A stretch of DNA of 64,000 bases from a candidate division WOR-3 bacterium (GCA_965649205.1 CBFGJV010000011.1:1-64000); one strand, 5' to 3'. Counted from the first letter of the stretch, positions 20,240 to 29,389 are shown. The notes: a model not told the origin generated them from the letters alone. Program-made: numbers and translations.

Positions 20240-22996
20240 CTATATCCAGCCCTTGCGCAGCAGTAACCTCTTGACTCCCTGAGTAAGTGCCAGGTATCCG
20301 ACCAGAGTGAGCGCCAGCAAAGGCCAGTAGAGCAACGGCAATCGGACAAAGCCCAGCGCGCCGGCCAGGGGCGAGTAGGGCAACCAGACGCCTACGGCCA
20401 TTACCGCGAGCGTAGTCAGCGTGAGCGGCGCGCTGGCCCGGCTCTGAATGAGAGGTAATCGGTTGGTGCGGATGACGTGGATTATCAGCGTCTGCGTGAG
20501 CAGCGACTCGACGAACCAGCCGGTGTGGAACAGTGCCGCCTGGGCAGGGGTCTGGCACTTGAAGATGAAGTACATCATCAGGTAAGTCGTGTAATCGAAC
20601 ACCGAACTGCACGGCCCGATGAGGACGATGTAGCGGGAAATGGCACTCATAGTCCAGGGCCGGGGCCTGGCTATCTGCTCGGCGTCAACCGCATCGGTGG
20701 GAATCGGGACCTGCGAGAAGTCGTAGAGCAGGTTATTGGTCAGAATCTGTATCGGCGCCATCGGCAGGAAAGGCAGCCAGGCGCTCGCGCCCAGCACGCT
20801 GAACATATTCCCGAAGTTGGAGCTCGCACCCATCCTGACGTACTTCAGAATGTTGGCGAATACTTTCCTGCCTTCCAGCACCCCTTCTTCAAGAACAAGC
20901 AGGTCCTTTTCCAGCAGGATGAGGTCGGCGGACTCCTTGGCGATGTCCACCGCGGTATCAACCGAGATGCCCACATCCGCGGCCCGCAGCGCGGGAGCGT
21001 CGTTGATGCCGTCGCCCAGAAAGCCGACCACATGCTTGCGGCTCTGCAGTGCCATGATGATGCGTTGCTTGTGCGCGGGAGAGAGTCGCGCCATCAGGGT
21101 CGCCTGCTCGGCTGCGGCGGCAAGTTCCTCATCCGACATCGTCTCTATCTCGGGGCCGAGCAGTACGTGGTCGCCGGCGATACCCACTTCCTCGCAGATT
21201 TTCCTGCTGACCAACTGGTTGTCGCCGGTCAGCACCTTTACCGCGACGCCGTGGCGATTCAGAGTCTCGATGGCCGGGCGGGCGGTATGCTTGGGCGGGT
21301 CAAGGAACGCGACGTATCCCTTCAGCACCAGATCCTGCTCGTCGTCTTTGGTGTAGGTCTGCCTCGGCCGCAGTTCCCGGTAGGCCAGTGCCAGAACCCG
21401 GAACCCGTCGCTGCTCAGCCGCTCGTACTCCTCTTTCAGGTCATCAATCAGGAACGCCGCCATCGGATACAGGTTGCCGTTCAATTCGTATCGCGTGCAG
21501 CGCGCAAACACCGCCTCGGGCGCACCCTTGCAGATCAGCCGATGCCGTCCGCGGGTGCTCTTGACCACGACCGACATCAGCTTGCGCTCGAAGTCAAACG
21601 GCAGTTCGTCAACTTTCACGTGTTCCCGGGCCTGCAACCGTCCGTGCTCCTCGGTATGGCGCAGGATGGCCCGGTCGAGCACGTTGCGCAGGCCGGTCTG
21701 GAAGTAGCTGTTCAGATACGCCATCTCCAGCACCGTATCGTTTTCCTGCAACCCGACGTCGCAGTGCTGTTCTAAAATCACCTCGTCCACTGTGAGCGTG
21801 CCGGTCTTGTCGGTGCACAAGACGTCCATCGCGCCCAGGTTCTGAATGGAATTGAGCCGCTTGACGATGACCCGCTTGCGGGACATGGCGAGCGCGCCCT
21901 TGGAAAGACACACGGTCACAATCATCGGCAGCATCTCCGGCGTGAGCCCGACCGCTACCGCGACGGCGAAGAAGAAGGCTCCGCCCCAGTCGTGCTTGGT
22001 CAGCCCGTTTATGACGAAAACAAGCGGAACCAGTACCACCATGAAGCGGATCATCAGCCAGGTGAAACCGGAAACACCCTTGTCGAAACTCGTCTGCGCC
22101 CGCTGGCCGGACAGCGTGCTGCTCATCCCTCCCAGGTAGGTCCTGCGGCCTGTGGCGACGACCACGGCCGTCGCGGTGCCGCTCGCCACGCTGGTTCCCT
22201 GATAACACACGTTGCGATATTCCAGCGGAGTCGCGGCCGCGTCACCCGGCGCAAAGCGCCGGGAATCACGGGTTTCGCCCCTGAAACCCGATTCACTGCC
22301 CGCTTCAGCTCTTGCCGGGACTTCCGGGGTTTCCCCGGATTCCGGCCGAATCGGCCCTTCGCCGGTGAGGCCCGACTCGGGGCGTTGGACGCCCGGCGAT
22401 TCCGTCTTTTCAACCGGCAGGGACTCTCCTGTCAGGCTGCTCTGGCTCACGAACAGGTCCTTGGCCGTGAGCAATCTGACGTCGGCCGGAACCATATCGC
22501 CCGCCGCCAGGTTCACGACATCCCCGGGCACGAGCTCGCTCACGGGCAACTCCCGTGCCGCACCGTCACGCAGTACGTTGGCCGTGACGCGAATCATCGC
22601 CTTCAGGCGGGCCGCGGCCCGGTCGGCCCGGTACTCCTGAAGAAACCTGAGCGTTACCCCCAAGACAACCATCACCAGCATCACCATTGCGGCACGGACG
22701 TCTTTGGTCAAATACGAAATGACGGCGAGTATTGAGAGAAGTATCACCAGCGGATTGACAAGTGACAGCCCCAGCAGACGCAGCCAGCCGAACCGGCCTT
22801 CTTCGGCCAAGACGTTGTGACCGTGCAGCCCCTGTCGGCGCGATGCCTCCTCCTGGGTGAGACCATTTGCCGATGTCTGCAGCCTGGTGTATACCTCCGC
22901 GACCGACAGTGCGGCACACTCCACCAGAAGCGGAGATACCTGGATGCGCGCCGTCGCGCGGCGGAAAAAGCTGCTGCCCCTGCCCGGCACTGCCAT
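20240..22996 (-). CDS. mgtA: Mg2+-importing P-type ATPase
   Basis: TGESLPVEK, AVGLTPEMLPMI, DKTGTLT, GDGINDAP, ASSNFGN, FHTGWFVES. Confidence 0.95.
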   Translation of the reverse strand: MAVPGRGSSFFRRATARIQVSPLLVECAALSVAEVYTRLQTSANGLTQEEASRRQGLHGHNVLAEEGRFGWLRLLGLSLVNPLVILLSILAVISYLTKDVRAAMVMLVMVVLGVTLRFLQEYRADRAAARLKAMIRVTANVLRDGAARELPVSELVPGDVVNLAAGDMVPADVRLLTAKDLFVSQSSLTGESLPVEKTESPGVQRPESGLTGEGPIRPESGETPEVPARAEAGSESGFRGETRDSRRFAPGDAAATPLEYRNVCYQGTSVASGTATAVVVATGRRTYLGGMSSTLSGQRAQTSFDKGVSGFTWLMIRFMVVLVPLVFVINGLTKHDWGGAFFFAVAVAVGLTPEMLPMIVTVCLSKGALAMSRKRVIVKRLNSIQNLGAMDVLCTDKTGTLTVDEVILEQHCDVGLQENDTVLEMAYLNSYFQTGLRNVLDRAILRHTEEHGRLQAREHVKVDELPFDFERKLMSVVVKSTRGRHRLICKGAPEAVFARCTRYELNGNLYPMAAFLIDDLKEEYERLSSDGFRVLALAYRELRPRQTYTKDDEQDLVLKGYVAFLDPPKHTARPAIETLNRHGVAVKVLTGDNQLVSRKICEEVGIAGDHVLLGPEIETMSDEELAAAAEQATLMARLSPAHKQRIIMALQSRKHVVGFLGDGINDAPALRAADVGISVDTAVDIAKESADLILLEKDLLVLEEGVLEGRKVFANILKYVRMGASSNFGNMFSVLGASAWLPFLPMAPIQILTNNLLYDFSQVPIPTDAVDAEQIARPRPWTMSAISRYIVLIGPCSSVFDYTTYLMMYFIFKCQTPAQAALFHTGWFVESLLTQTLIIHVIRTNRLPLIQSRASAPLTLTTLAVMAVGVWLPYSPLAGALGFVRLPLLYWPLLALTLVGYLALTQGVKRLLLRKGWI

Positions 22997-22997
22997 A

Positions 22998-23051
22998 CTA
23001 GAAGCGGCGGACAGGTTCTCCGGCCGGTCGTTGGTTATTGCGGTTTTTCAC
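22998..23051 (-). CDS. Putative 17-aa leader peptide upstream of mgtA
   Basis: GTG start, MKNRNNQRPAGEPVRRF-TAG. Stop lies 1 nt before the mgtA ATG; start lies 6 nt below a TAGACT -10 box. Confidence 0.4.
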   Translation of the reverse strand: MKNRNNQRPAGEPVRRF

Positions 23052-23057
23052 GCCGCC

Positions 23058-23087
23058 AGTCTAGCCTGACCTGGTGCGAGAAGTCAA
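23058..23087 (-). promoter_or_regulatory. sigma70-like promoter for the mgtA leader
   Basis: TTGACT, 18 nt, TAGACT on the minus strand. Confidence 0.5.
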
Positions 23088-23130
23088 TAGGAAATCAGCG
23101 GCCCAGGCGCCGGGCTCGCCAATCAGAACA

Positions 23131-23685
23131 CTAGCGGTCCAACTGGTTCAGCCGCGCCTGCGCCCGGTTCAGCCGCTCGTCGAGAAACCGCTCTACATCG
23201 CTGACCGCTTCCGCATCGGAGATAACTGAGAACGCCGCAGCCATTCTTCTGGTCTCCTCCAGTTGCACCTCGGCCCAGTCCAGCACCGCGGCGGACGAAC
23301 CGGCCCGTCGCAGGCGTGCGACCTCGCGCAGCATCGCGCTTGCCTTGTGTTCGTACTGGTACTGCAGACGGCGGTTCGCGGCTGCTCCCGCGGACTGGTC
23401 GGTGGAATTCGGCCTTGTTGAGGCCGTAGACGAGCGGCCGGTCGCCGTCTGGCTGATGAGTTCGCCCCAGGACTTGTGCGCGAGCATCGGCACGCCCACG
23501 GCTGTCAGAGTCAAGAGCCAGGCAACGGCCAGTCCGAGCAGCACCGCCCATCTGACCCGAGATCCCGCGTGCGGCGCGTATTCGCCGGGCCGAGCACCGC
23601 AGGCGAAACAGAACACCTGCCCGGCCGTCATCTTCTCTCCGCAGAAAGGACAGCGGCCCTGGTCCTGACCCTCGCTCAACTTCAT
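23131..23685 (-). CDS. Zinc-ribbon, single-TM hypothetical protein with helical C-terminus
   Basis: CPFCG...CFACG followed by a hydrophobic helix. ATG 23685 overlaps the upstream stop (ATGA). Confidence 0.7.
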   Translation of the reverse strand: MKLSEGQDQGRCPFCGEKMTAGQVFCFACGARPGEYAPHAGSRVRWAVLLGLAVAWLLTLTAVGVPMLAHKSWGELISQTATGRSSTASTRPNSTDQSAGAAANRRLQYQYEHKASAMLREVARLRRAGSSAAVLDWAEVQLEETRRMAAAFSVISDAEAVSDVERFLDERLNRAQARLNQLDR

Positions 23686-24380
23686 TCCTTCCCTGGCCGA
23701 AGTCTGAACCGGCCGCGGCCGGCCTTGCCCGAGCCGTGCCGCGGCTGGATTCCAGGCAGGCCGCACAGCTTGGCTATCGCGCGGTCCCAGGCATCCCGTT
23801 CCCTGCCCGGTTCCTGGTTGGAGCGCCAGTCCTGGCGCTGTTTGAGTTCCCCCAGGTCCTGAACCAGTTCGGCCACCTTACCCTGCTCAGCTCTGAGCAG
23901 GTCGGCACGCAGCACCGCGTCGCTGGTTTGCTCCAGGACGAGCGCAAAGTGCGGCAGGCACAGTCCGGGCGACTCCTGGTAACGAACCTGCAGAGCCTCA
24001 TCCCGGAAATGCGCGACAAACTCCTCCACACCCTGCCGCTCTGCTTCCGCTTCTTCCGCGCACAGCGCGCAGTCCTTTCCGGAAACAGGCTGTCGGCCGG
24101 CCTCCAGCAGGATGCGCACCATTTTCATCAGGTCTTCGTAGATGATGGTCTGCCCCAGCACGTCGCCGGCAGAGCGCACGAGCCAGGCGTGCCGGTTACA
24201 GAAACCCAGAGACCTGCGCAGTTGCTCCCGGGTGCCGAGGTCATTGACGCGCTCGTACAACAGCGTGTCTATCCAGCGCGCGGTGCGCCGGGTGACCAGA
24301 TGGCAAATGGGACAGCCCCTTGCCAGCGCGTCCAGTATCTCCTGCAATACTACTCCGGCCGGTCCTCTGCGTGCGCTCAT
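23682..24380 (-). CDS. DUF6062-like Cys/His metal-binding protein
   Basis: Duplicated module: CPIC...GFCNRH and CALC...GLCLPH; LLYERVND motif. Confidence 0.75.
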   Translation of the reverse strand: MSARRGPAGVVLQEILDALARGCPICHLVTRRTARWIDTLLYERVNDLGTREQLRRSLGFCNRHAWLVRSAGDVLGQTIIYEDLMKMVRILLEAGRQPVSGKDCALCAEEAEAERQGVEEFVAHFRDEALQVRYQESPGLCLPHFALVLEQTSDAVLRADLLRAEQGKVAELVQDLGELKQRQDWRSNQEPGRERDAWDRAIAKLCGLPGIQPRHGSGKAGRGRFRLRPGKE

Positions 24381-24586
24381 CTTGCCAGACGACCAACCAG
24401 AAGCGCGACGCCCACGCTCAGGCCGAAGAGAGCAAGGAAGGTTACCACTTCTGCCCTCAGCGCCTCGCCTATGACCTGTCTTCGGCCGAGTTTGTGCCGT
24501 TGGTACTCCATATAGACGATGGCAAACGCCGCTCCGCCGCCCAGGAGACTGAACGTTCCGTTCACCGCGAGCAGCGTGCCCAGCAT
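24377..24586 (-). CDS. Small two-helix membrane protein (69 aa)
   Basis: Two hydrophobic segments around YMEYQRH. Translationally coupled to neighbours. Confidence 0.7.
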   Translation of the reverse strand: MLGTLLAVNGTFSLLGGGAAFAIVYMEYQRHKLGRRQVIGEALRAEVVTFLALFGLSVGVALLVGRLAR

Positions 24587-24595
24587 CGGACCGCC

Positions 24596-25846
24596 CTATT
24601 GCTGCTGTGAAGTCCCATTCTCCGGCTCCTCTTCCTCGGCGTCCGGGATGAGGCGCACGTCACCGCGCGCGCCCTCGGGCTGGCCCATCGCGTCCACATC
24701 CGGCAGAAGGTGCCGCGGCAGGAAGGCAAGCGTGGCGATGACTGTCGGCACCACCGCGCTGGCGATGACCGCGGCGACCAGGAACGAATACTGCGCCTCA
24801 TTGACGATGCCGTGCGAGAACCCGTACAGGGCCGATATAGTCCCAAAAGTCAGACCGGTTGACATCATCAGAGTATAATACCAGCGTTCAGTGCGTTCCT
24901 TCCGGTAGTGGGAGATTACCGGAAACAGCCCCAGTGTCTTGGTCAGCACCTTGCCCCCGAGCAAAGCGAGGAACACGAGCGGAGCGCCGATGAGCGCCGG
25001 CAGGGAGACAAGCGAGCCGGCCCGGATGAAGTAGAACGGCGTGAGAAACCCCACTGTCAGAGTGCGCAGGCGCCGGACAAAGTCGTGGTCCATCGCCGAA
25101 GACCCGGCCAGCACCATCCCGATGAGATAGGCGGGCAGTACCGCCTCGCTTCCTGACCAGAGCGCCAGCGCTCCCAGCCCGAACACGACAAGCGCCACCC
25201 ACTTGGTACGCACTGCGGCGGTGCGGCCGGCATAGCGGCGGGCAAGCCTCCTGGTGGCAAAGGGCAAAGCGACCAGCACTACGGCTGTCGCGACGGCAAA
25301 CACAGCGGTCTTGACCGTGAAAGGCGCGAAGATGAAGGCCAGGGCCAGCACCGTGCCCAGGTCGTTCACGAAACACGCGCCCAGTATCCCCTTGCCGAAC
25401 TCGGTCTTGTTGAAACCTGTCTCCAGCATCACCGCGTACACTACTGCCATCGAAGTAGTGGAAAGCGCCACACCGGCGAGCAGGCTTGCCTTCACGCCCC
25501 AATGAAGCAGAAAATGCGCCAGCGCCGCGCAACCCAGGAACGGAGCGAAGAACCCGACCAGGCCGATTACCGTCACCTCGCCCAGCTTGCGCCGCAGTAC
25601 TGATGGTTCAAGCTCGGCCCCGGCCAGAAAGGTGAGCATCACCGCGCCGGTCGCGGCCAGAAACCGCAGCCATTCGGCGTTCGCACCCAACGAGCCCGGC
25701 CCGAAAAAGCGCGTGGCAAAAGCACCCGCGGCCACGCCGACGCATATTTCTACGAGGGCGATTGAAACCCGCAGATGATTGGCGATGATGGTGGCGACGA
25801 CCGCCAGGGCAAGCCAGACTGCGGCCAGAACAAACGTCTCCTGCAA
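24596..25846 (-). CDS. Cation:proton antiporter (CPA2 family)
   Basis: LTFLAGAE, LSTTSMAVV, FVNDLG, FLTPFYFIRAG; many TM helices. TTG start at 25846 after GGAGG. Confidence 0.88.
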   Translation of the reverse strand: MQETFVLAAVWLALAVVATIIANHLRVSIALVEICVGVAAGAFATRFFGPGSLGANAEWLRFLAATGAVMLTFLAGAELEPSVLRRKLGEVTVIGLVGFFAPFLGCAALAHFLLHWGVKASLLAGVALSTTSMAVVYAVMLETGFNKTEFGKGILGACFVNDLGTVLALAFIFAPFTVKTAVFAVATAVVLVALPFATRRLARRYAGRTAAVRTKWVALVVFGLGALALWSGSEAVLPAYLIGMVLAGSSAMDHDFVRRLRTLTVGFLTPFYFIRAGSLVSLPALIGAPLVFLALLGGKVLTKTLGLFPVISHYRKERTERWYYTLMMSTGLTFGTISALYGFSHGIVNEAQYSFLVAAVIASAVVPTVIATLAFLPRHLLPDVDAMGQPEGARGDVRLIPDAEEEEPENGTSQQQ

Positions 25847-25874
25847 AGAATCCTCCGGTTCACTGCTTATCGGA

Positions 25875-25900
25875 CAAACCCGGGCAACGGAAGTACCCGG
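25875..25900 (-). terminator. Possible riboswitch expression-platform hairpin
   Basis: Minus strand CCGGGTAC-TTCC-GTTGCCCGG then GTTTG, directly 3' of the aptamer. Weak U-tract. Confidence 0.4.
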
Positions 25901-25904
25901 CCTT

Positions 25905-25951
25905 GCAGGAGTCATCAGCCCGCAGGCGATTCTACGGGGGACTCCATCCCC
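25905..25951 (-). ncRNA. Fluoride riboswitch (crcB motif)
   Basis: Minus strand GGGGAUGGAGUCCCCCGUAGAAUCGCCUGCGGGCUGAUGACUCCUGC. P1 GGGGA/UCCCC, pseudoknot GGAGU/ACUCC, P3 GCC/GGC, conserved GAUG and UGAUGAC. Confidence 0.92.
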
Positions 25952-25960
25952 GCGGATGAG

Positions 25961-25988
25961 ATTATAGCGCGAACGAACCAGCCTGCAA
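25961..25988 (-). promoter_or_regulatory. sigma70 promoter for the riboswitch operon
   Basis: TTGCAG, 16 nt, TATAAT; 9 nt upstream of the aptamer. Confidence 0.6.
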
Positions 25989-26577
25989 GCCTGGCTCCAG
26001 AACCCGACAGTGGGATGATTTGGGGATTCCTGTTCGTGGTTGGGTACGCGCCTGTCAGCAGAACTGACCGTGCTGGTGGCGGCAACACTGCGTAGCTTCA
26101 TCGCTTCTCATCTGCTGTCATAGTTGGCGAACCCCCTGGCGACACAGGTGCGGCTGGAGCTTGCGACCATACTGCAACGTTGCCTGGCCACGCTTGTCGC
26201 GGCCTGACCGCCTGCGCATCTGTCCGGGCAACCGTTACCGGAAGTTGCGGCGCGCGCGGCTACCCAACTGAGTGGGGGAGTCACTTCCCCCTCTACAGGC
26301 CAAACAAGGCCGTCAACCAACCTTCAGAAGGTAACTCGCTGTGAGAGTAGTTTTTAGCGCGGTTTCAGACAGAAATGCCGGGTTCGGCCGGTATCCACTT
26401 CCAAGCCAAGCAGTTGAGCAGTCACAACGGCAACAATACAGGAATCCAGCAGGTTAGGCGTTCGGGCAGGTTGGGAATAGGCCTGGCAAAACCACAGCCG
26501 GACGACTGTGAGCGTTGGCGCAAGACGCGACTCCAGCCGCTCTGGAAACGACTGCTGGCCGGGCAGGACATCCGCCG

Positions 26578-26622
26578 CTGACATCTGACACTTGACTTCC
26601 AGCTTCTAGCTTCTGGCATCTG
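26578..26622. repeat. Degenerate 7-nt tandem array
   Basis: ctgacat ctgacac ttgactt ccagctt ctagctt ctggcat ctg. Confidence 0.6.
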
Positions 26623-26677
26623 CCCTCGTCCGCTCCTCCTGTTGACTCCCGCCCGTTTCTACCCTAGCATCCCGGCG

Positions 26678-27172
26678 ATGGGCAAGACCTGCTGTCTGCT
26701 TCTGGCCGCCTGCCTCGCGCTACTCTTCGCCGGCTGCGACGAACTGTTCTACGCCGGGCTGAACGAAGCCGAATCCACCCCGGACAGGCCGGTGTTCCTG
26801 CTCGGCAAGGACGGCAGTCTCTTTCATGGTATGGCCAAGGTGTACGGGTTCCGTCTCAGCGGCCGGCCCAGGAAACCGCCGCCCCGGCCGGACGCCGTGA
26901 ATCTCTGGCTTGAGTTCTGGTCGGCTCAAGCCGACTCCGGCCTGCGCTACATCGAGGTACACAAGATTGCCTATGGCGAACTGCCCGAACGCACGTTCCT
27001 CGTCTTCGGCCCTGATACTCTGCGTGCCGGGTTCATCTACAGCTTCAATCCCTGGTATCACGGCCTCGGCACCGCCGCCTACTTCGAAATCACGCAGGAC
27101 AGCTCGGGAGCCAGGGCGATCCACGCCCTGACCGAAGAGGAGTTCCTGGCAATAATCCACGATACGCTCTGA
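26678..27172 (+). CDS. Hypothetical lipoprotein
   Basis: Signal peptide with lipobox FAGC. ATG lies 7 nt after TTGACT-17-TAGCAT. Confidence 0.75.
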   Translation: MGKTCCLLLAACLALLFAGCDELFYAGLNEAESTPDRPVFLLGKDGSLFHGMAKVYGFRLSGRPRKPPPRPDAVNLWLEFWSAQADSGLRYIEVHKIAYGELPERTFLVFGPDTLRAGFIYSFNPWYHGLGTAAYFEITQDSSGARAIHALTEEEFLAIIHDTL

Positions 27173-27360
27173 TGCATCGCTGGAACGTCCTGGTGGCGCT
27201 GACCCTGCTTCTCTCCTGCCGTGGCAGAGGGCCGGGCACGGTTGACTGGCAGAGCGTGAACGACTAAGCCTACCAACTGCAGAACGTTGACCTGGAAGCA
27301 ATGGGCAACACGAAGTTCGATTCTTGCGTGATTGACTACTCGCTGGTACTGGCAGGCGCG
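27172..27360 (+). pseudogene. Remnant of MJ1477/TM1410 (GH114-like) lipoprotein
   Basis: MHRWNVLVALTLLLSC...DWQSVND*AYQLQNVDLEAMGNTKFDSCVIDYS with in-frame TAA at 27265, then RWYWQ in a shifted frame. Confidence 0.7.
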
Positions 27361-27678
27361 CCACCCGCAAGCTCGCCCTGGCCCGGTAGCCCGGAGCCGA
27401 TTCTGCGCACCTTTGCCCTGTTCTCTACCGCTACGACCTCAAGGTTATCTGGTAACGACAGTTTCTGACCTTTCGCTTTTGCCTTCTGGCTTGATGTTTG
27501 GGTCAGACTCTAGACTGCTGGGCCGCCAAGTCACTTTCTTGCGCTTCTTGACACCCAGCCGAATACAGGTATTCCCGATAGCAGACGGAGACTTCGCCCA
27601 CAGCTAGCGGACACAGGGGTTTCTTATTGTGTTCCCTGACGAAATACGCAGACAGAACAAAGAAGGAGGCATAGTATC

Positions 27679-27936
27679 ATGAAACGGATATACGTCACCG
27701 TGCTTGCGCAGCTGGCACTGTTGTCGCGTGGTCAACACACGACAACCTACACCGGCTTGTTCTGTGTCAATGTCAACGGAAAGTATGGATACATTGACAA
27801 GACTGGTAAGTATGTCATCAACCCGCAGTTTGACTACGCAGGGAGTTTCTCCGAGGGGCTGGCAGTTGTCGAGATCGGTGGCAAGTGGGGCTACATTGAC
27901 AAGACAGGAAAGTTCATCTGGGAGTTGTCGGGATAG
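27679..27936 (+). pseudogene. Truncated WG-repeat (KWG) protein
   Basis: GKYGYIDKTG...FSEGLAVV...GKWGYIDKTG; only about 1.5 repeats. Good RBS; lipobox position reads LLSR. Confidence 0.65.
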
Positions 27937-28229
27937 CACTTCACTAGGCCTACGGGGTCAGGTGCTGCCTTTTTCACGGAAACGCTGAGCGATGAGTTCT
28001 GAGTACTGAACGAAGGGAGAAGAAGACGCTGACCGCCTGATTGCGGCGTAAGCTCTGTCCGACCGCCTGCCCCTCGTCACCTCAGACACGGTCTTCCGCC
28101 GCTGAGGCGTCAGAGTCGTCGAGCGGCAACGCTCCCTCGTCCTGCCAGGTCTGTGTGTGAGACAAGAGCCATAGGAAACTGCTTCCCAAAATCGAGAAGG
28201 ACGATAACAGGTACCTCGCCGGTTGTCCG

Positions 28230-29273
28230 GAATTGCAGAGACGCTACACGCAGGGCCCTTCCTAGTCTTGCGGCGTGTCAATATCGTAGCGCTTACCGAC
28301 CCGCGGCCCACCTTCTCCTTTGCCGCCAGCTTCATCGTGGGCATGAACAGGTTGGGCTTGAGCGCTATCAGCCGGTCCACCTGCATCAGTGCCAGAAGCT
28401 CCTCCTTCGTGTCATACCGGCGATAACCAGCATAGCTGCGCACCAGACTCCAGTTCTTGCTCTCCACGTAGGGCGAGCCATCCTTCCGGTACGTCCTGGT
28501 GAAGCGCAACTTGTGTGTATCGGCAAACTTCGCCAGCGCCTGGTTGATGACATTGCTCGAATGGAGAGCAGTAACCGGAAACGGCGACGCACGTAGCGCG
28601 CTCTTCATCGCCAGTATCCCCCAGATGTGCGCCTTGTTGCACAACACCTGCCAAGGGCTCTGCCCGCCGTGACTTACCAGGTCTATCTCCAGATACCCAA
28701 GCTGCTTCTTAGGTTTGTCGTGGTAGGTTTCCACCGGGATGCATTTCTTGAGCCAGGAGGCGAAGGGTTGGACCTGTAGCGGCGTTTAGCCAGAAGCTCT
28801 TTCCGGACTGGTCGGAGTAAGCGGTCCACGGTAGATGGGCTGATAGTCTGAAACTTAGCCTTGACCTCGGCAGATGCTTTCTTGAGCTTGGGATGGCAGA
28901 ACAACCACTGGTGGTTGAGGTGGATGAAGTGAGCGAGGTGGAGGGAAGACGGGTAGCGGGCAAGCTGCCAGAGGGCGAGCAGATAGGGCAGCATATCTGG
29001 GCCGTAGCGTTTCTTGTGGCCGCGGCGCGAGAGGAGGGAGCAGGACGGGTCGGCGATGACGGTAGTGCTGTGGCGGTGACCTTCTGGCCAACGTGGCGGA
29101 GGACGAAACTGAGATGCTTCCGGCCGAGGTGTGTGATATCTGTCAGCTCGTCCAGCAGTGCGGACCTGGTCTTCTTTCTTGCGGCCCGGTACTTTGAAGC
29201 ATTGGCGGAGATGATGGACTTCTTAGCGGTCACGGTGTAGACCCCTTCTGGTATTGTGGCTACCACTGGACAT
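28230..29273 (-). mobile_element. Degraded IS transposase (integrase-core/DDE type), multiple frameshifts
   Basis: Pieces in different frames: KYRAARKK..LLDEL; ISPSTVDRLL; GYLEIDLVSH; FTR..YVESKN..VR..GYRRYDT; KRYDIDTP. ATG 29273 after AAGGAGA. Confidence 0.8.
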
Positions 29274-29342
29274 TCTCCTTTCGTTTGGGATAAAAGAATG
29301 CTCTTGGTAGCCTGGTTTTCAAACCTAAACAGGCCCGGATCC

Positions 29343-29389
29343 TTTCTGACGAAACGGCTTCCTTTGGGGTTAGATTGTTTCTGACGAAA
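29343..29389. repeat. Direct repeat TTTCTGACGAAA x2 (core CTGACGAAA also at 27636-27644); possible IS end motifs
   Basis: Copies at 29343-54 and 29378-89, upstream of the transposase. Confidence 0.45.

Noticed and set aside
20477..21775. 432-aa + strand ORF and other long antisense ORFs
   Set aside because: Shadow frames of GC-rich genes (mgtA, hdrA, ileS); no motifs or start signals.
23000..23130. M-box (ykoK) riboswitch upstream of mgtA
   Set aside because: The region is too short and lacks the M-box consensus; it contains a promoter and a uORF instead.
25847..26101. 85-aa N-terminal extension of the antiporter in the ORF track
   Set aside because: It overlaps the promoter and riboswitch; the GGAGG-TTG start at 25846 fits better.
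26108..26584. Short ORFs between the riboswitch promoter and the lipoprotein gene
   Set aside because: No recognisable domain or RBS; may be eroded coding DNA but cannot be supported.
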